Assembly: GCA_052055015.1 (NCBI GenBank)
Contig: JBQJIT010000040.1
Reading direction: 5' to 3' (one strand)
Source: Malassezia furfur
Lineage: Eukaryota
DNA: 44,926 nucleotides
This document shows, piece by piece, positions 19,288-29,180 of this stretch. Both the position numbers and the translations under genes were made by a program. The notes beneath the pieces are model-generated. The model did no database searches. It was given only the letters and a program-made list of their open reading frames with translations, and was not told the DNA's origin. Positions within the stretch are counted from its first letter, which is position 1. Every line of letters begins with the position of its first letter.

Positions 19288-21369
19288 CTACACATAACGG
19301 GGGGACACCGCGGGCCGCTCGCCCACGGACGGATCGGGGGGAGAAAGCGTTGCGTGCAGCGAGCGCGTGACACTCATGTAGCTGCTCTTCCGTAGCAGGC
19401 GCGGCGCTTCTGTCGGTGTGCTCGTGGGATACACGCTGTCGGAGCGCGAGCGCCGGTCCATCGACAGGCGCCCATGGTGCGGCGACGTCGACGCGCGCCA
19501 GTGCGGCTGCAGCTCGCGCCCACGCCGGAAGGAGAGGCCGTGCGGCGAGGCGTAGCCGCTGCCCTGCGGCGACGCACACGCGCTACACGCCTCCAACGAG
19601 GGCGACCCCACCGCGCGCCGGAGCACGGGAGAGTGTGACACGCCTTCTTCCGCACTGCTTGCGCCCTCGTCGTCGCTCGAGCGCGGCGCAGATGACGCAG
19701 GCGTCCACTCCTGTGCGTCGTGCTCGACGTCCGGCGATTTGTGCAAGAGCAACATCTCGGCGGCAAGCGCAAGCTCGTCGGCCGTGTCAAGCCGCTCGCC
19801 GTGGGAGCCGGTATAGTGCATCGTTGGCTCGGTGAGCATCAGCGAGTGCAGCACGCTGGGCCGCCGACGCGCGCCCGGGCGCGGGGGGACGCGGCAGGTA
19901 CACACCGCGTCGGGCGTACGCGACGCCGAAGACACCGGCACGGCGTCGTCGGCGTCGGCGTCGATGCTTTCGTTGGCCCACGCTGCGCACGGGTCCATGC
20001 TGGTGTCGGCGGCTTCGGCGGCACGGTGCGACGGCGGCGCAGGGGCGGTCGCCTCCTCGTCGACGATTGCCTCCTCGTCGACCGCCTCATCGCTGCTCGT
20101 GGCGTACTCGCTGCACTCGTCCTCTTCGTCGTCCTCTTCGGAACTCGCAACCTCTTTAGGCTTGGGGCTCCGTGGGCGCGTCTGAACGAGGTGCGGCGAG
20201 CGCACCTGCAAGCGGCCTCCCTCGTCGTCGTCCGCCGCATCGCTGCTGCACTCCGTCGCTTCCGAGTCAAGCGACGAAACGCGGTGCGGTGTGTCGAACA
20301 GGTTCGTCGCCGGCGACGACATCGACGACACCATCGGCGACACGACCATGCGCCGCGTCCCGTGCGTGCGGTGCGTGCTCAGCAGCCGGTCACGCTCCTT
20401 GAGCTCAAACGGGCTCGCGGCGAACGCGAGGCTGCGTCGTCGTGGCACGGACTGCGACGCCTGCGTCGCGGCAGGGGGGGTATGGTCCGAGAACGACAGC
20501 GCACGCCGCTTGGTGATCTGTGCGAGCGATGTGGAGCCGGAAGACAGCGACGTGCGCAGCGGCGGCGAGCGGCCAATGAGGCCGGCAGGCACAGGGGGCG
20601 ATGCCTCTTCGTCGTCACTCGATGCCCGCTCGTCCGTGTCACTCGCCTCGGTATCCTCGTCTGTTTCGCCATCCTCCACGCCAACACCGTCGCTCTCTTC
20701 GTCACTCGCGTTGTCATCGCTCTCCTCGTCACCTGTCTCGACGCCCGACTCGACGTCCGACTCGCTCGCGCTCGACACGGCCGGCCCCAGCGCGTCCGGC
20801 GCATCGGGGCGCAACGCCGAGCCAAGTTGCGCCATCTGCGAGCGCAGCAGCATGCGTGGTGACGTGCTCCGCGCACGCATGTGTGGCTCCAGGAACGTCA
20901 CACTCGGACACCGCGGCTCAGGGCGATGGTACGACTTGCGTGCCTGTGGGGAGACGGGCGCCGACTTGGTGCGCGACGCGACGCTGCGTGCGCGCCGCGG
21001 CGGCTTGACCGGCTCAATAAAATGCGTGCGTGTACCCGTGGCCGGTGCGCGCGGCTCGTCGGGGATTTGCAATGCGTGTGCGTCGTCGTTGTGTTTCAAA
21101 ATGCCCGTGGTGCACGCGGCGCCACAGCCAGGCACGCATCCGGACGAACGCTTGGGTGCGTGTGTGGCGTCCTGCGGCAACAGTGGCGATCGCAGCGCGT
21201 CCGACAGCAGCGACATGCGCCGCGGGCGCATGGGTGCCGGCGCTTCCTCGGCATCGAGCGGCAGACGCGGCGGCAGCTTGCGTTTGGAAAAGTCCAGAGG
21301 CGACGCATCGGCGTCGTCACTGGGCGCCTTGCATGCCAGGCCCGGCTTCGCCTGCGAGTCGACTGCCAT
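19288..21369 (-). CDS. Uncharacterised, largely disordered Ser/Pro/acidic protein (693 aa)
   Basis: Long ATG-initiated ORF filling the space between ATP11 and PP2C, with acidic tracts and RRxS motifs. No globular domain recognised. Confidence 0.7.
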   Translation of the reverse strand: MAVDSQAKPGLACKAPSDDADASPLDFSKRKLPPRLPLDAEEAPAPMRPRRMSLLSDALRSPLLPQDATHAPKRSSGCVPGCGAACTTGILKHNDDAHALQIPDEPRAPATGTRTHFIEPVKPPRRARSVASRTKSAPVSPQARKSYHRPEPRCPSVTFLEPHMRARSTSPRMLLRSQMAQLGSALRPDAPDALGPAVSSASESDVESGVETGDEESDDNASDEESDGVGVEDGETDEDTEASDTDERASSDDEEASPPVPAGLIGRSPPLRTSLSSGSTSLAQITKRRALSFSDHTPPAATQASQSVPRRRSLAFAASPFELKERDRLLSTHRTHGTRRMVVSPMVSSMSSPATNLFDTPHRVSSLDSEATECSSDAADDDEGGRLQVRSPHLVQTRPRSPKPKEVASSEEDDEEDECSEYATSSDEAVDEEAIVDEEATAPAPPSHRAAEAADTSMDPCAAWANESIDADADDAVPVSSASRTPDAVCTCRVPPRPGARRRPSVLHSLMLTEPTMHYTGSHGERLDTADELALAAEMLLLHKSPDVEHDAQEWTPASSAPRSSDDEGASSAEEGVSHSPVLRRAVGSPSLEACSACASPQGSGYASPHGLSFRRGRELQPHWRASTSPHHGRLSMDRRSRSDSVYPTSTPTEAPRLLRKSSYMSVTRSLHATLSPPDPSVGERPAVSPRYV

Positions 21370-21558
21370 GACGCTATGCGCTGCAGCTCATCCACGGACC
21401 TCCTGGCGAGCCTCGCCGCGATACAGAAAGGATTGCGCAGGTGGAGCAGCTCGATCGGCCCCCTGACCAGTCGGCTGACCAACGGCAGGCCGCCAGCCGC
21501 AGTAGGGAATCACGTGGGTCCATTGGGGGGAGAGGGCACGCCATCGACGCACCGCGCG

Positions 21559-22442
21559 CTACGCTATGGACGGGGACGCGCTGCGCTGGAATCGGACAAC
21601 CATCACAGACGTGTTGTCTGTGCTGAAATTGTCCATTGCGTATTTGAGGAGCTTGTCCGCTGCGACCTGCGCGTCGGTCTCGTTCGAAATATGATCGACG
21701 GCTTCCTGGTCGCCAATAACGTCCCACAGCTGTGTCAGTAGCTCGTACATACACCATCACACGCAACAATGAGGAACGCATCGTCGTCCTCTAGAGCAAT
21801 GCTCGTGGTAAACGGTGAGCCCACCACAAACTCCTTCATCGAAAAGTCGCCAAAGGATCTCGTCACCGCCAACACACCATTCACCCGGTTGTTGAGCAGG
21901 AAGCCGCCCTTCTCAGTAATGCGCCGTGCCTCGAGCTCGTCCGAGCCCTTGTGGTCGTAGGTTAGCCGCACCGCCCTGCCATTCCGAGCGAGTACACTCC
22001 GAGCGTCGCCCACATTTGCCGTGTATAGCACGCGCCGCTCCTTGTCTCCTTCAGACTCGACACGCAGCAGCGACGTCACAGCCGTACATCCGCTCCGGAC
22101 ACCGGCCTTTTCCGAATCCACTTCGAGCTGGCGGTCGACGCGCATGTAAGTATTGTTCAGCACTTCGCGCACGTCCATTGTGGGATGCGCATGCAGTTCT
22201 TCGGCAAGGATGGGCGCAAGGTGGTCGCGACACCACTCCGCCGCAAACTTGCCCGCGTGTCCATCAAACACACCAAACAGCGCCTGGCCGGACACATGGT
22301 CAAAGTCGAGGAGACTCATATGCGCATCCTCCATGGTGCGCCGCCAGCGCGTGTTGCAATCGGTCGCGACTCCAACAGTGATCTGCCATGGGTTCGCACT
22401 GCCTGTCCCTTGCCGCTCCTGCAATGAGCTTTCGGCACGCAT
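21559..22442 (-). CDS. PTC1: Protein phosphatase 2C (Ptc1-like)
   Basis: RRTMEDAH, FGVFDGHAG, LYTANVGDAR and RVNGVLAVTRSFGD. The 23-nt intron 21730-21752 restores LIVACDG|LWDV; STDNTSVMVV follows. Confidence 0.92.
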
Positions 22443-22571
22443 GGCTCCAGGTGGAAGACCCTCGGAAGCTATCTGGGTGCGTCTCCCCCGCTCCTGCTCC
22501 TACAGGTCCGCGATCGTTCCGGATAAGTAGGGGCCACCTACGGACACGGTCACGTGATACATACCCCGGGG

Positions 22572-23876
22572 CTAAGGACGCCGCTTGTCTCCGCGGCGCG
22601 CAGTGCGCGGCGCGTGCACGGCTGCCTGCGCCAGCTGGGTGAGTTGCAACCGACGTACGAAGTCGAGGTAGAGCTTGGACACGTGTAACGACCATTGCAC
22701 ACTTGCAATTTGTAGGCTCGGCAAGGTCCGAGGGTCGGCAGATGGAGACGGGAGGGTATCATGGTCGACCTCGGGCGTCGTCGCGCGCGCTTCAGTAGGT
22801 GGAGCATCCGGGCCTTCGGGTACTCCGTCAAATGGAGGGGGAGACACCGAATCAAAGCCCGATTCCACTTCGGACTCGAGTGAAAAGTAGCTCGCGTGCG
22901 GCAGACGCATCTCGTCCCCGGAGTCAGACCCAGCCTCATCCAGCAATGTGGGCGACGCATGCGACGCATGCGACGTATGTGCTGCGTCGGTCGCCACCGG
23001 TGCGTCCAAGGCACCAAACACCCAGCCACTGTCGCGCATCGAGCGCCACATTTGTTCGCGGTGGGTTTTGGCGAGCCTGGTCAGTTTGGCCAGGCGCTGT
23101 TCATGCATACGCATGCGGTGCCGGAACGCGTAGTTTTGCAGGTCGGTAAACTTTTCGGCGACTTTCACCGCATTTTCAAAGTGCAGCTGCGCTGTGCGGC
23201 GAACCGAGTCGGGCACGCAAGCAACGACGTTGATGGGCACATGCAAGCTGGGGCCGGGGGTATCGGGGGTATCGTGGGAGGTGGTGAATGTCCCTAGGTA
23301 CAGGGTGAGGAGCCCCAGATAGGTGTGCAGTTGCGGGTTGTGACGGTAAGGGAAGGAGGCAATGACACTGTGTGAGGCAGAGACATACCTGTTGGTCTCC
23401 TCCATGGCGTCTTGATAGCGCCCAGAGGCAATGAGCTCGCGAACCAGATGCGGCAAGACATAGGGACGCTTCGTAAGTGCATGACGTACCAGAACCGTGC
23501 GTGTGCGGGCGATGTACTGCAAGTAGCGCAGCGGTGCCAAAGACTCAGTTTCCGACATGGACGCAACCTCAAGGCCCAATTTCCACAGCTCAATTGGGCG
23601 CCATTCCGGTGCGTGCATCAGGAGCTTGAGGCACCGAGCCGCACGGCGGGTATCGCGACGCAGCAGCATGAGCTGCAAGAGGTCATACAAACGGCGCACG
23701 TGGATCCGGCGCTGATCCGCAAGCACTTTGGGGTTCACTGCGTGCGGGTCGAGTGGATTCGTGTGGGGAGTGAGGTATGATGACGCAGGGATCCCGTGCG
23801 TATACACATAGTCATCGCCATCCATATACGCCGGCGGCGGCTGGAACAGCGCCGCCTGCCTGGGGCCGCCGGCCAT
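22572..23876 (-). CDS. RRN11: Probable RNA polymerase I core-factor subunit Rrn11 (TAF1A-like)
   Basis: HVRRLYDLLQLMLLRRDTRRAARC..LWKLGLEV and FPYRHNPQLHTYLGLL resemble basidiomycete Rrn11 family sequences as I recall them. In-frame micro-introns at 23469-23489 (21 nt), 23368-23388 (21) and 22635-22658 (24). Confidence 0.65.
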   Translation of the reverse strand: MAGGPRQAALFQPPPAYMDGDDYVYTHGIPASSYLTPHTNPLDPHAVNPKVLADQRRIHVRRLYDLLQLMLLRRDTRRAARCLKLLMHAPEWRPIELWKLGLEVASMSETESLAPLRYLQYIARTRTVLVRHALTKRPYVLPHLVRELIASGRYQDAMEETNRYVSASHSVIASFPYRHNPQLHTYLGLLTLYLGTFTTSHDTPDTPGPSLHVPINVVACVPDSVRRTAQLHFENAVKVAEKFTDLQNYAFRHRMRMHEQRLAKLTRLAKTHREQMWRSMRDSGWVFGALDAPVATDAAHTSHASHASPTLLDEAGSDSGDEMRLPHASYFSLESEVESGFDSVSPPPFDGVPEGPDAPPTEARATTPEVDHDTLPSPSADPRTLPSLQIASVQWSLHVSKLYLDFVRRLQLTQLAQAAVHAPRTARRGDKRRP

Positions 23877-23991
23877 GGGTGGAGGATGGGTGGAGGTACG
23901 CTTGGCCGCGCATTATGTACTGCAGATTGGACACGACCCCCACGTGTAGGCAAGTTTGCTCCTCCCCTACCCTATCGGACCCGTTGCTTGA

Positions 23992-25953
23992 ATGGTGTAC
24001 GCGAATGACGCAGATGAGCGCACGCCGCTTCTGCAGTCCACGCAGACGTCATCGCGTCAGGAGCGTCGCCCCATGAGTGTCGGTGTCCGTGGGGCAGCGC
24101 CGGCCGACTACGTCGTGAGCGTGTTTGAGCCCGAGCGTGGGGGGAAGAGTCCGTATGCAAACAACCGGCCCGTGAACGATGCCGCCTTCTTCCGGATGAT
24201 GGACGAAATTGAGGCCTCGATGCAGGCCGGCATCCAGCCGCGTATGATTTCGGTTGGGACGAGCGGCTCGTACTTTGTCTACGTGAAGGACGGCGAGTCG
24301 ACGCGGATCGCCGCCGTGTTCAAGCCGATGGACGAGGAGCCGTACGGAAATCTGAAGTATGTGAAGTGCTGACGCAGTCCCAAGCGCGTGTTCCTGCGCA
24401 AGTACTTTTGGTGGGCCATGGGCCGGCCATGGTACGTGATAAGCTCACGCAGTTTGATCCCCAATTTCTCGTACCTGTCCGAGGTCGGCGCATCGTTTCT
24501 TGACAACCAGCTGCAGCTGGGCCTTGTACCGCAGACCCGCCTTGTGGCGCTGTCCAGCCCGTCGTTCCACTACCTGTACCGCGACCGGAAGCGCTACGAG
24601 CGCGGCCTGGCGCCCCTGCCGCCCAAGCTAGGGTCACTACAGCAGTTTTTGACCGATTACAAGAACGCGAGCCAGTTCCTGCACCAGAACCCCCCGCCTG
24701 GGCGCCCGCGCTCGCTGGTCGAGCGCGATCTGAGCGAGGAGCATGCGGCGCACCGGATGAGCCGGCGGAAGCAGCGCGCGCGCTTGCGCATGTGCTTCAT
24801 TGCGATCAAACGGCTGCTGTTGTGCCGCTATGGCCCCGGCCCCTACGGGAGCCCCGGACCGAGCGAGGCAGAGCAGGCGGAGCGCCCGCCGGAGCTCCAC
24901 CTCGGCGGGCAGTCGACCGCGTACCCCGCGGCGGCGCCGATGCGTGCCGGCGCGTCGCGGCGGACGTTTACGTGGAACGCACGCACCATGTCCGAGTTCC
25001 GCCTTGAGCTCGAGAAGCTCGTGGTACTCGACTTTCTCATGCGCAACACGGACCGCGGTCTGGACAACTTCATGGTGCATTACAACCCCGACGCGGGGCC
25101 AGACGAGCGGTCGGTGCGCATCGGGGCAATCGACAATTCGCTGGCGTTCCCCCACCAGCATCCGCGGGGCCTACGCGACTACCCATATGGCTGGCTCTTT
25201 CTGCCGACCAACCTGATCGGCGGCGCGTTTTCCGACGAAACGCGCGCACTCTTCCTCCCGAAGCTGAGCGACCCCGTATGGTGGGCGTCAACGATCGAGG
25301 GACTGCGCCGCATCTTCCGGCAGGACACCCACTTTCACGACCGCATCTTCCAGAACCAGATGGACGTGATGCGCGGCCAGGGCCTCATCCTCGTCGAGTG
25401 TCTCCAGCAGCACGACCAGGGGCCCATCGAGCTGTGTGCATATCCCAAACGTCTGGTACGCCAATCGGTGATGTTTTTGTCGCCACAGGAGCTCGGCAAG
25501 CACACGTTTGCGGACCTCACGCGTGGTCGCATTTCGCGTGCCGACGAGCCGGCCCAGGATACCCAGCCCGTCGCAATCCGCGCGCCGCGCCGGCCCAACG
25601 CTAGCAACGCACATGCAAGCTCGGCACCGAATGCAATCGGCACCGCATTCCCCGCCAGCAACGAGCAGCTGGCGATCGACGTCGTAGAGCGTATCAACGC
25701 GCGCGACAAGCGGGCGTCGATCGCCGCGACACGCCCTCGCCCAATTCACGCGCAGACGTCGCGCCGCGTGAACGAAAGCCCAGTGTTTTCGCGCACCTTG
25801 GACGACACCCCGCGACAGATGCGCTCGCTCGACCTGGCCGAGGGGCCAGAACCTGCCGCCTCTGCCGCCTCCGACCTGCCGCAGGTGCCCGTGCCGGTGG
25901 TGGTCGAGCGCGTTGAGCCCGAGACGCGCCGCCCGTGGCTGTGGTGGTATTAG
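23992..25953 (+). CDS. LSB6: Type II phosphatidylinositol 4-kinase Lsb6
   Basis: GTSGSYFV, VFKPMDEEPYGNL|NPK (21-nt stop-containing intron 24357-24377), GRP|CLIPNFSYLSE (21-nt intron 24432-24452), KLGSLQQF, LDFLMRNTDRGLDN and AIDNSLAFP. Confidence 0.94.
24357..24377 (+). other. 21-nt spliceosomal intron with in-frame stop (LSB6)
   Basis: GTATGTGAAGTGCTGACGCAG contains an in-frame TGA; excision gives the conserved EEPYGNLNPK. Confidence 0.9.
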
Positions 25954-27533
25954 GTGTGCGCAAGTGCACGCGCATCGACCGCGGCACGCAGCCGCTCGCC
26001 CAGCTCGTAGCCGGCCTCTTGCATTTCTTGTACTAATGCCTTCCATCGTGGATCCTCATGCACCAGGCACGTCCAGACCATTGCGGCATAGGTGCGCCGC
26101 GACGGCACACAGTCCAGCTCTTTGACGCGCTCCAGGTTGGCAAACGCCTCCTCGTAGTCCAGCTGCCGGAGGTACAGGCGCGCCATGCGCTCGTACAGCG
26201 ATGCGGTCGGCGTCAGCTTCCGCCGCGCCATGCTCTTCCACACACGGTCGGCCGCGGCGGTGTCGCCGGTGGCAATGCAGCACAGCAAAAATGCCTGGTG
26301 CGTGTCGAGGTCGGGCACAAACGCCTTGCGCCGCGTCGCAGCCTCCCACACCTGGAGCGCCACGGGCATCGATGCGCGTTCCGCCGCTGCATACAGCACC
26401 GCGTTCGCCACAACCGTCGGAAGCGGCCGCTTGTCGCGTAGCACAGTGTCGGCCGTCGACGTGAGCGCCGCATCACTCGATGCCGCATGCTCCGTGAGCG
26501 CAATAAGCGCCTTGGGGTTCGGGCCGGGGTCGTCGGGTAGCCGCATCCACCGGTGCACGACCGTCAGCGCGTCGTCGAGGCGCCCCGCACGGCAGTAGCC
26601 CTCGAGCGCAGGCGCTAGGTGATAGGACTGCAGCTTGGTGCCCTGGCACAATGGGTAAAACGCACGCTGGAGCGCCGCAATCAGCTCCGCATCGGCCGCA
26701 CGCGCAGCGCTCAGCAGCATTTGCAGGTAGAGCCCTTCGTCCATCTGCAGCGGCGATGTGCGCTTCCACGCCTCGGCGAGCACCGGTGCATAGGCGCATT
26801 GTGCCGCGATACGCAGCACCTCCATCCAGACGGCTGGGGTCTGCGTGCCGTGTGCCTGGACAAGCTCGAAAGCGAGCCGCGGCTCCTTGGCGCGGTCGAG
26901 GCACTGGAGCAGCGCAAACAGCGCCTCGTCTTCCATCGCAACACCCATTTCGCGCGCCGTGAACCACAGCGCGAGTGCCAGTTCAAGATTGTTCGTCTTG
27001 GCACAAAACTCCAACGCATGGGCGTACGCCTTGGGCGTCCAGCGCGCAAAGGCGAGCAGCGATGAGGAGGCTGGGGCGGGTGCCTCGGGGCTTCCGGCAC
27101 GGCGCAGGAGCATCTCCATCACCTGCGCATCCTCGCCGATTTTGGCGGCCTCGACGAGGTACTCGTGCGCGGTCGGCGTCAGCGGCACCGGACTGGCCTC
27201 GATGTCCTCGAGCACAAACATGGCATCGCGCGCGAGCCCGCGCTCGGCCAGCACGCTAAGCAGCAGTTCATACGTGTGGCGCTGGATCTCGTCGGCGATG
27301 GGCGACTTGGGGTGCTTCCGCACCGTCTTTTTGGTGAGCCGGCATGTCTCGATCAGGTGCTTCGCATCGCGTCGTACCGCCTCTTTAGCGAGCCGGCGCC
27401 GCACGTCATCGAACTGCGCCGCCACCAGTGAGTTGGGCTTTTTGGCTCGCGCCACGGAGGTAAGCAGTGTGCGCCGCGCCAGCCACAGCCCGGCCCGGTG
27501 TATCCCGCCGGGCATGGCGCACGGACGTTTCAT
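25950..27533 (-). CDS. Pentatricopeptide-repeat (PPR) protein, probably mitochondrial
   Basis: Basic presequence-like N-terminus and repeated ~35-aa helical units (PDLDTHQAFLLCCIATGDTAAADRVWKSMARRKLTPTASLYERMARLY; PSRRTYAAMV..EMQEAGY). Start is uncertain (27611, 27533 or 27515). Confidence 0.8.
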   Translation of the reverse strand: MKRPCAMPGGIHRAGLWLARRTLLTSVARAKKPNSLVAAQFDDVRRRLAKEAVRRDAKHLIETCRLTKKTVRKHPKSPIADEIQRHTYELLLSVLAERGLARDAMFVLEDIEASPVPLTPTAHEYLVEAAKIGEDAQVMEMLLRRAGSPEAPAPASSSLLAFARWTPKAYAHALEFCAKTNNLELALALWFTAREMGVAMEDEALFALLQCLDRAKEPRLAFELVQAHGTQTPAVWMEVLRIAAQCAYAPVLAEAWKRTSPLQMDEGLYLQMLLSAARAADAELIAALQRAFYPLCQGTKLQSYHLAPALEGYCRAGRLDDALTVVHRWMRLPDDPGPNPKALIALTEHAASSDAALTSTADTVLRDKRPLPTVVANAVLYAAAERASMPVALQVWEAATRRKAFVPDLDTHQAFLLCCIATGDTAAADRVWKSMARRKLTPTASLYERMARLYLRQLDYEEAFANLERVKELDCVPSRRTYAAMVWTCLVHEDPRWKALVQEMQEAGYELGERLRAAVDARALAHT

Positions 27534-27649
27534 CGTCGTCAAAGGGAGGCCCACGTGAAATATCCGGGCGTAACGTGTTACACAAAAATTAACTCCGGTG
27601 ACGCGATGCATGAAATAGGCGCGTCGGTGGTCTCGCCTGATTCGTGACC

Positions 27650-29158
27650 ATGTCCACCACCAAGTCGGATCCGCCCACGCCGGACTCGGGGAGTATCGAC
27701 TCGGAGATCCGCGAGGCCCACGAGCTCCAGATCAAAAATGTGTACCACAACCTCGCGTACAGCTTCATTATCAGTGCGACGCAAATGTTTAGCGTCGCGG
27801 GCCTCGGCATCGCCGCGTTCACTGCGCGCGATGTCGCCAAGGGGATCAACGCATCAGAAACGGATACAGTGTGGTTCCTCGCCGCATACTCGCTCACTGG
27901 TGGCGTGTTCGTACTCATCGCGGGGAGCATTGGCGACGTCATTGGGCCCAAGAATGTCCTGTGCATTGGCTGGCTCTGTGCCGCTGTGTTCACGCTGATC
28001 TCGGGCTTTGCGGTGAATGCCATCATGTTTGATGTAATGCGTGGCCTTGCCGGCGTCGGCAATGCGCTCATGATCCCCAACGCAGTTGCCCTCTTGGCCC
28101 GTGCTTATCCGCCGGGGAGCGCCTGGAAGAATTTCTCGTTTGCGCTTCTCGGCTTCTTTGCGCCGTCTGGGTTCGTGATTGGTGGCGCGATCGGCGCAGG
28201 AATGACGCACTTGTATACCTGGAAGTGGGGCTACTGGTTGTACGCCATCATTTGCTTCACCTTCTGCGTGATGACCTTCCTCGTCGTGCCGCACCGGCTC
28301 GGCACCGGTCTCCCGCATGCAACCCTACGCCAGTTCGACTACCTTGGCAGCTTTTTTGGCGTGGCAGGACTCCTCCTGTTTGCCTTTGCGTGGAACCAGG
28401 CGGATCTGGTGGGCTGGGAAACGACATATACCTACGTGCTCCTCATTGTGGGCGTTGTGATGCTCGCGGCCTTTGTGTTGTGGGAGAATTACGTGGAGCA
28501 TCCGGTGCTCCCTCCGTCGATGTGGACGCGCAAAGGCTTCACACCCGTGATTCTGGCGCTGCTGTTCGGCTGGATGTCATTTGGCATCTTTTTGTATTTC
28601 GCCCCGGAATACCTTATGACCTTCCGCAACGTTTCCAGTCTGAATGCCGTCGGTGAGTTTTCTCCGGTGGTCGTGTGCGGCTTTATTGCGACAATGAGCG
28701 TCGCACTACTCGTGGATCGATTCCCTGTGCAGTACTTCTTCATGCTCTCCTCGTTCGGCTTCATGTTCGGTAACATCATGTTTGCCAATACCCCGATGGA
28801 GCAGACGTACTGGGCCATGGCGTTCCCCGCATTCTCCCTGGTCGCATTGGGGCCAGATTTGAGCTTCACCGCGGGCAGCATCGTTATCTCTAATACACTC
28901 ACGCACCACGAGCAGGCCAAGGGGGGGAGTATGGTCAATACGATGGTGCTCTATGGCGCTGGCCTGGGCATGGGCTTTGGCGGATGCATTGAGCACTACG
29001 TCATGCGCAACCATAACGACAAGCGCCTGGCTTTCCGCAGCGCCCTGTTTTTCGCATTTGGGCTGGCCGCTTTGACCTTCCTGATTGTGGTCTTCTTTAT
29101 CCGCGACGAACGGTTCCGGAAAAAGAAGCCCTCGGAGAAGGAGATGGAACTAGCATAG
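27650..29158 (+). CDS. MFS transporter, DHA2 / Atr1-Amf1-like
   Basis: ~14 hydrophobic segments, WFLAAYSLTGGVFVLIAGSIGDVIGPK, RGLAGVGNALMIPNAVALL, FDYLG and QTYWAMAF; intronless. Confidence 0.88.
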   Translation: MSTTKSDPPTPDSGSIDSEIREAHELQIKNVYHNLAYSFIISATQMFSVAGLGIAAFTARDVAKGINASETDTVWFLAAYSLTGGVFVLIAGSIGDVIGPKNVLCIGWLCAAVFTLISGFAVNAIMFDVMRGLAGVGNALMIPNAVALLARAYPPGSAWKNFSFALLGFFAPSGFVIGGAIGAGMTHLYTWKWGYWLYAIICFTFCVMTFLVVPHRLGTGLPHATLRQFDYLGSFFGVAGLLLFAFAWNQADLVGWETTYTYVLLIVGVVMLAAFVLWENYVEHPVLPPSMWTRKGFTPVILALLFGWMSFGIFLYFAPEYLMTFRNVSSLNAVGEFSPVVVCGFIATMSVALLVDRFPVQYFFMLSSFGFMFGNIMFANTPMEQTYWAMAFPAFSLVALGPDLSFTAGSIVISNTLTHHEQAKGGSMVNTMVLYGAGLGMGFGGCIEHYVMRNHNDKRLAFRSALFFAFGLAALTFLIVVFFIRDERFRKKKPSEKEMELA

Positions 29159-29180
29159 TAAATACAGGTTAGATGAGACG

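Noticed and set aside
22952..22979. 9-bp tandem repeat (GCGACGCAT x~3)
   Set aside because: Short coding microrepeat (SHA units) in a disordered part of RRN11; not an array or mobile element.
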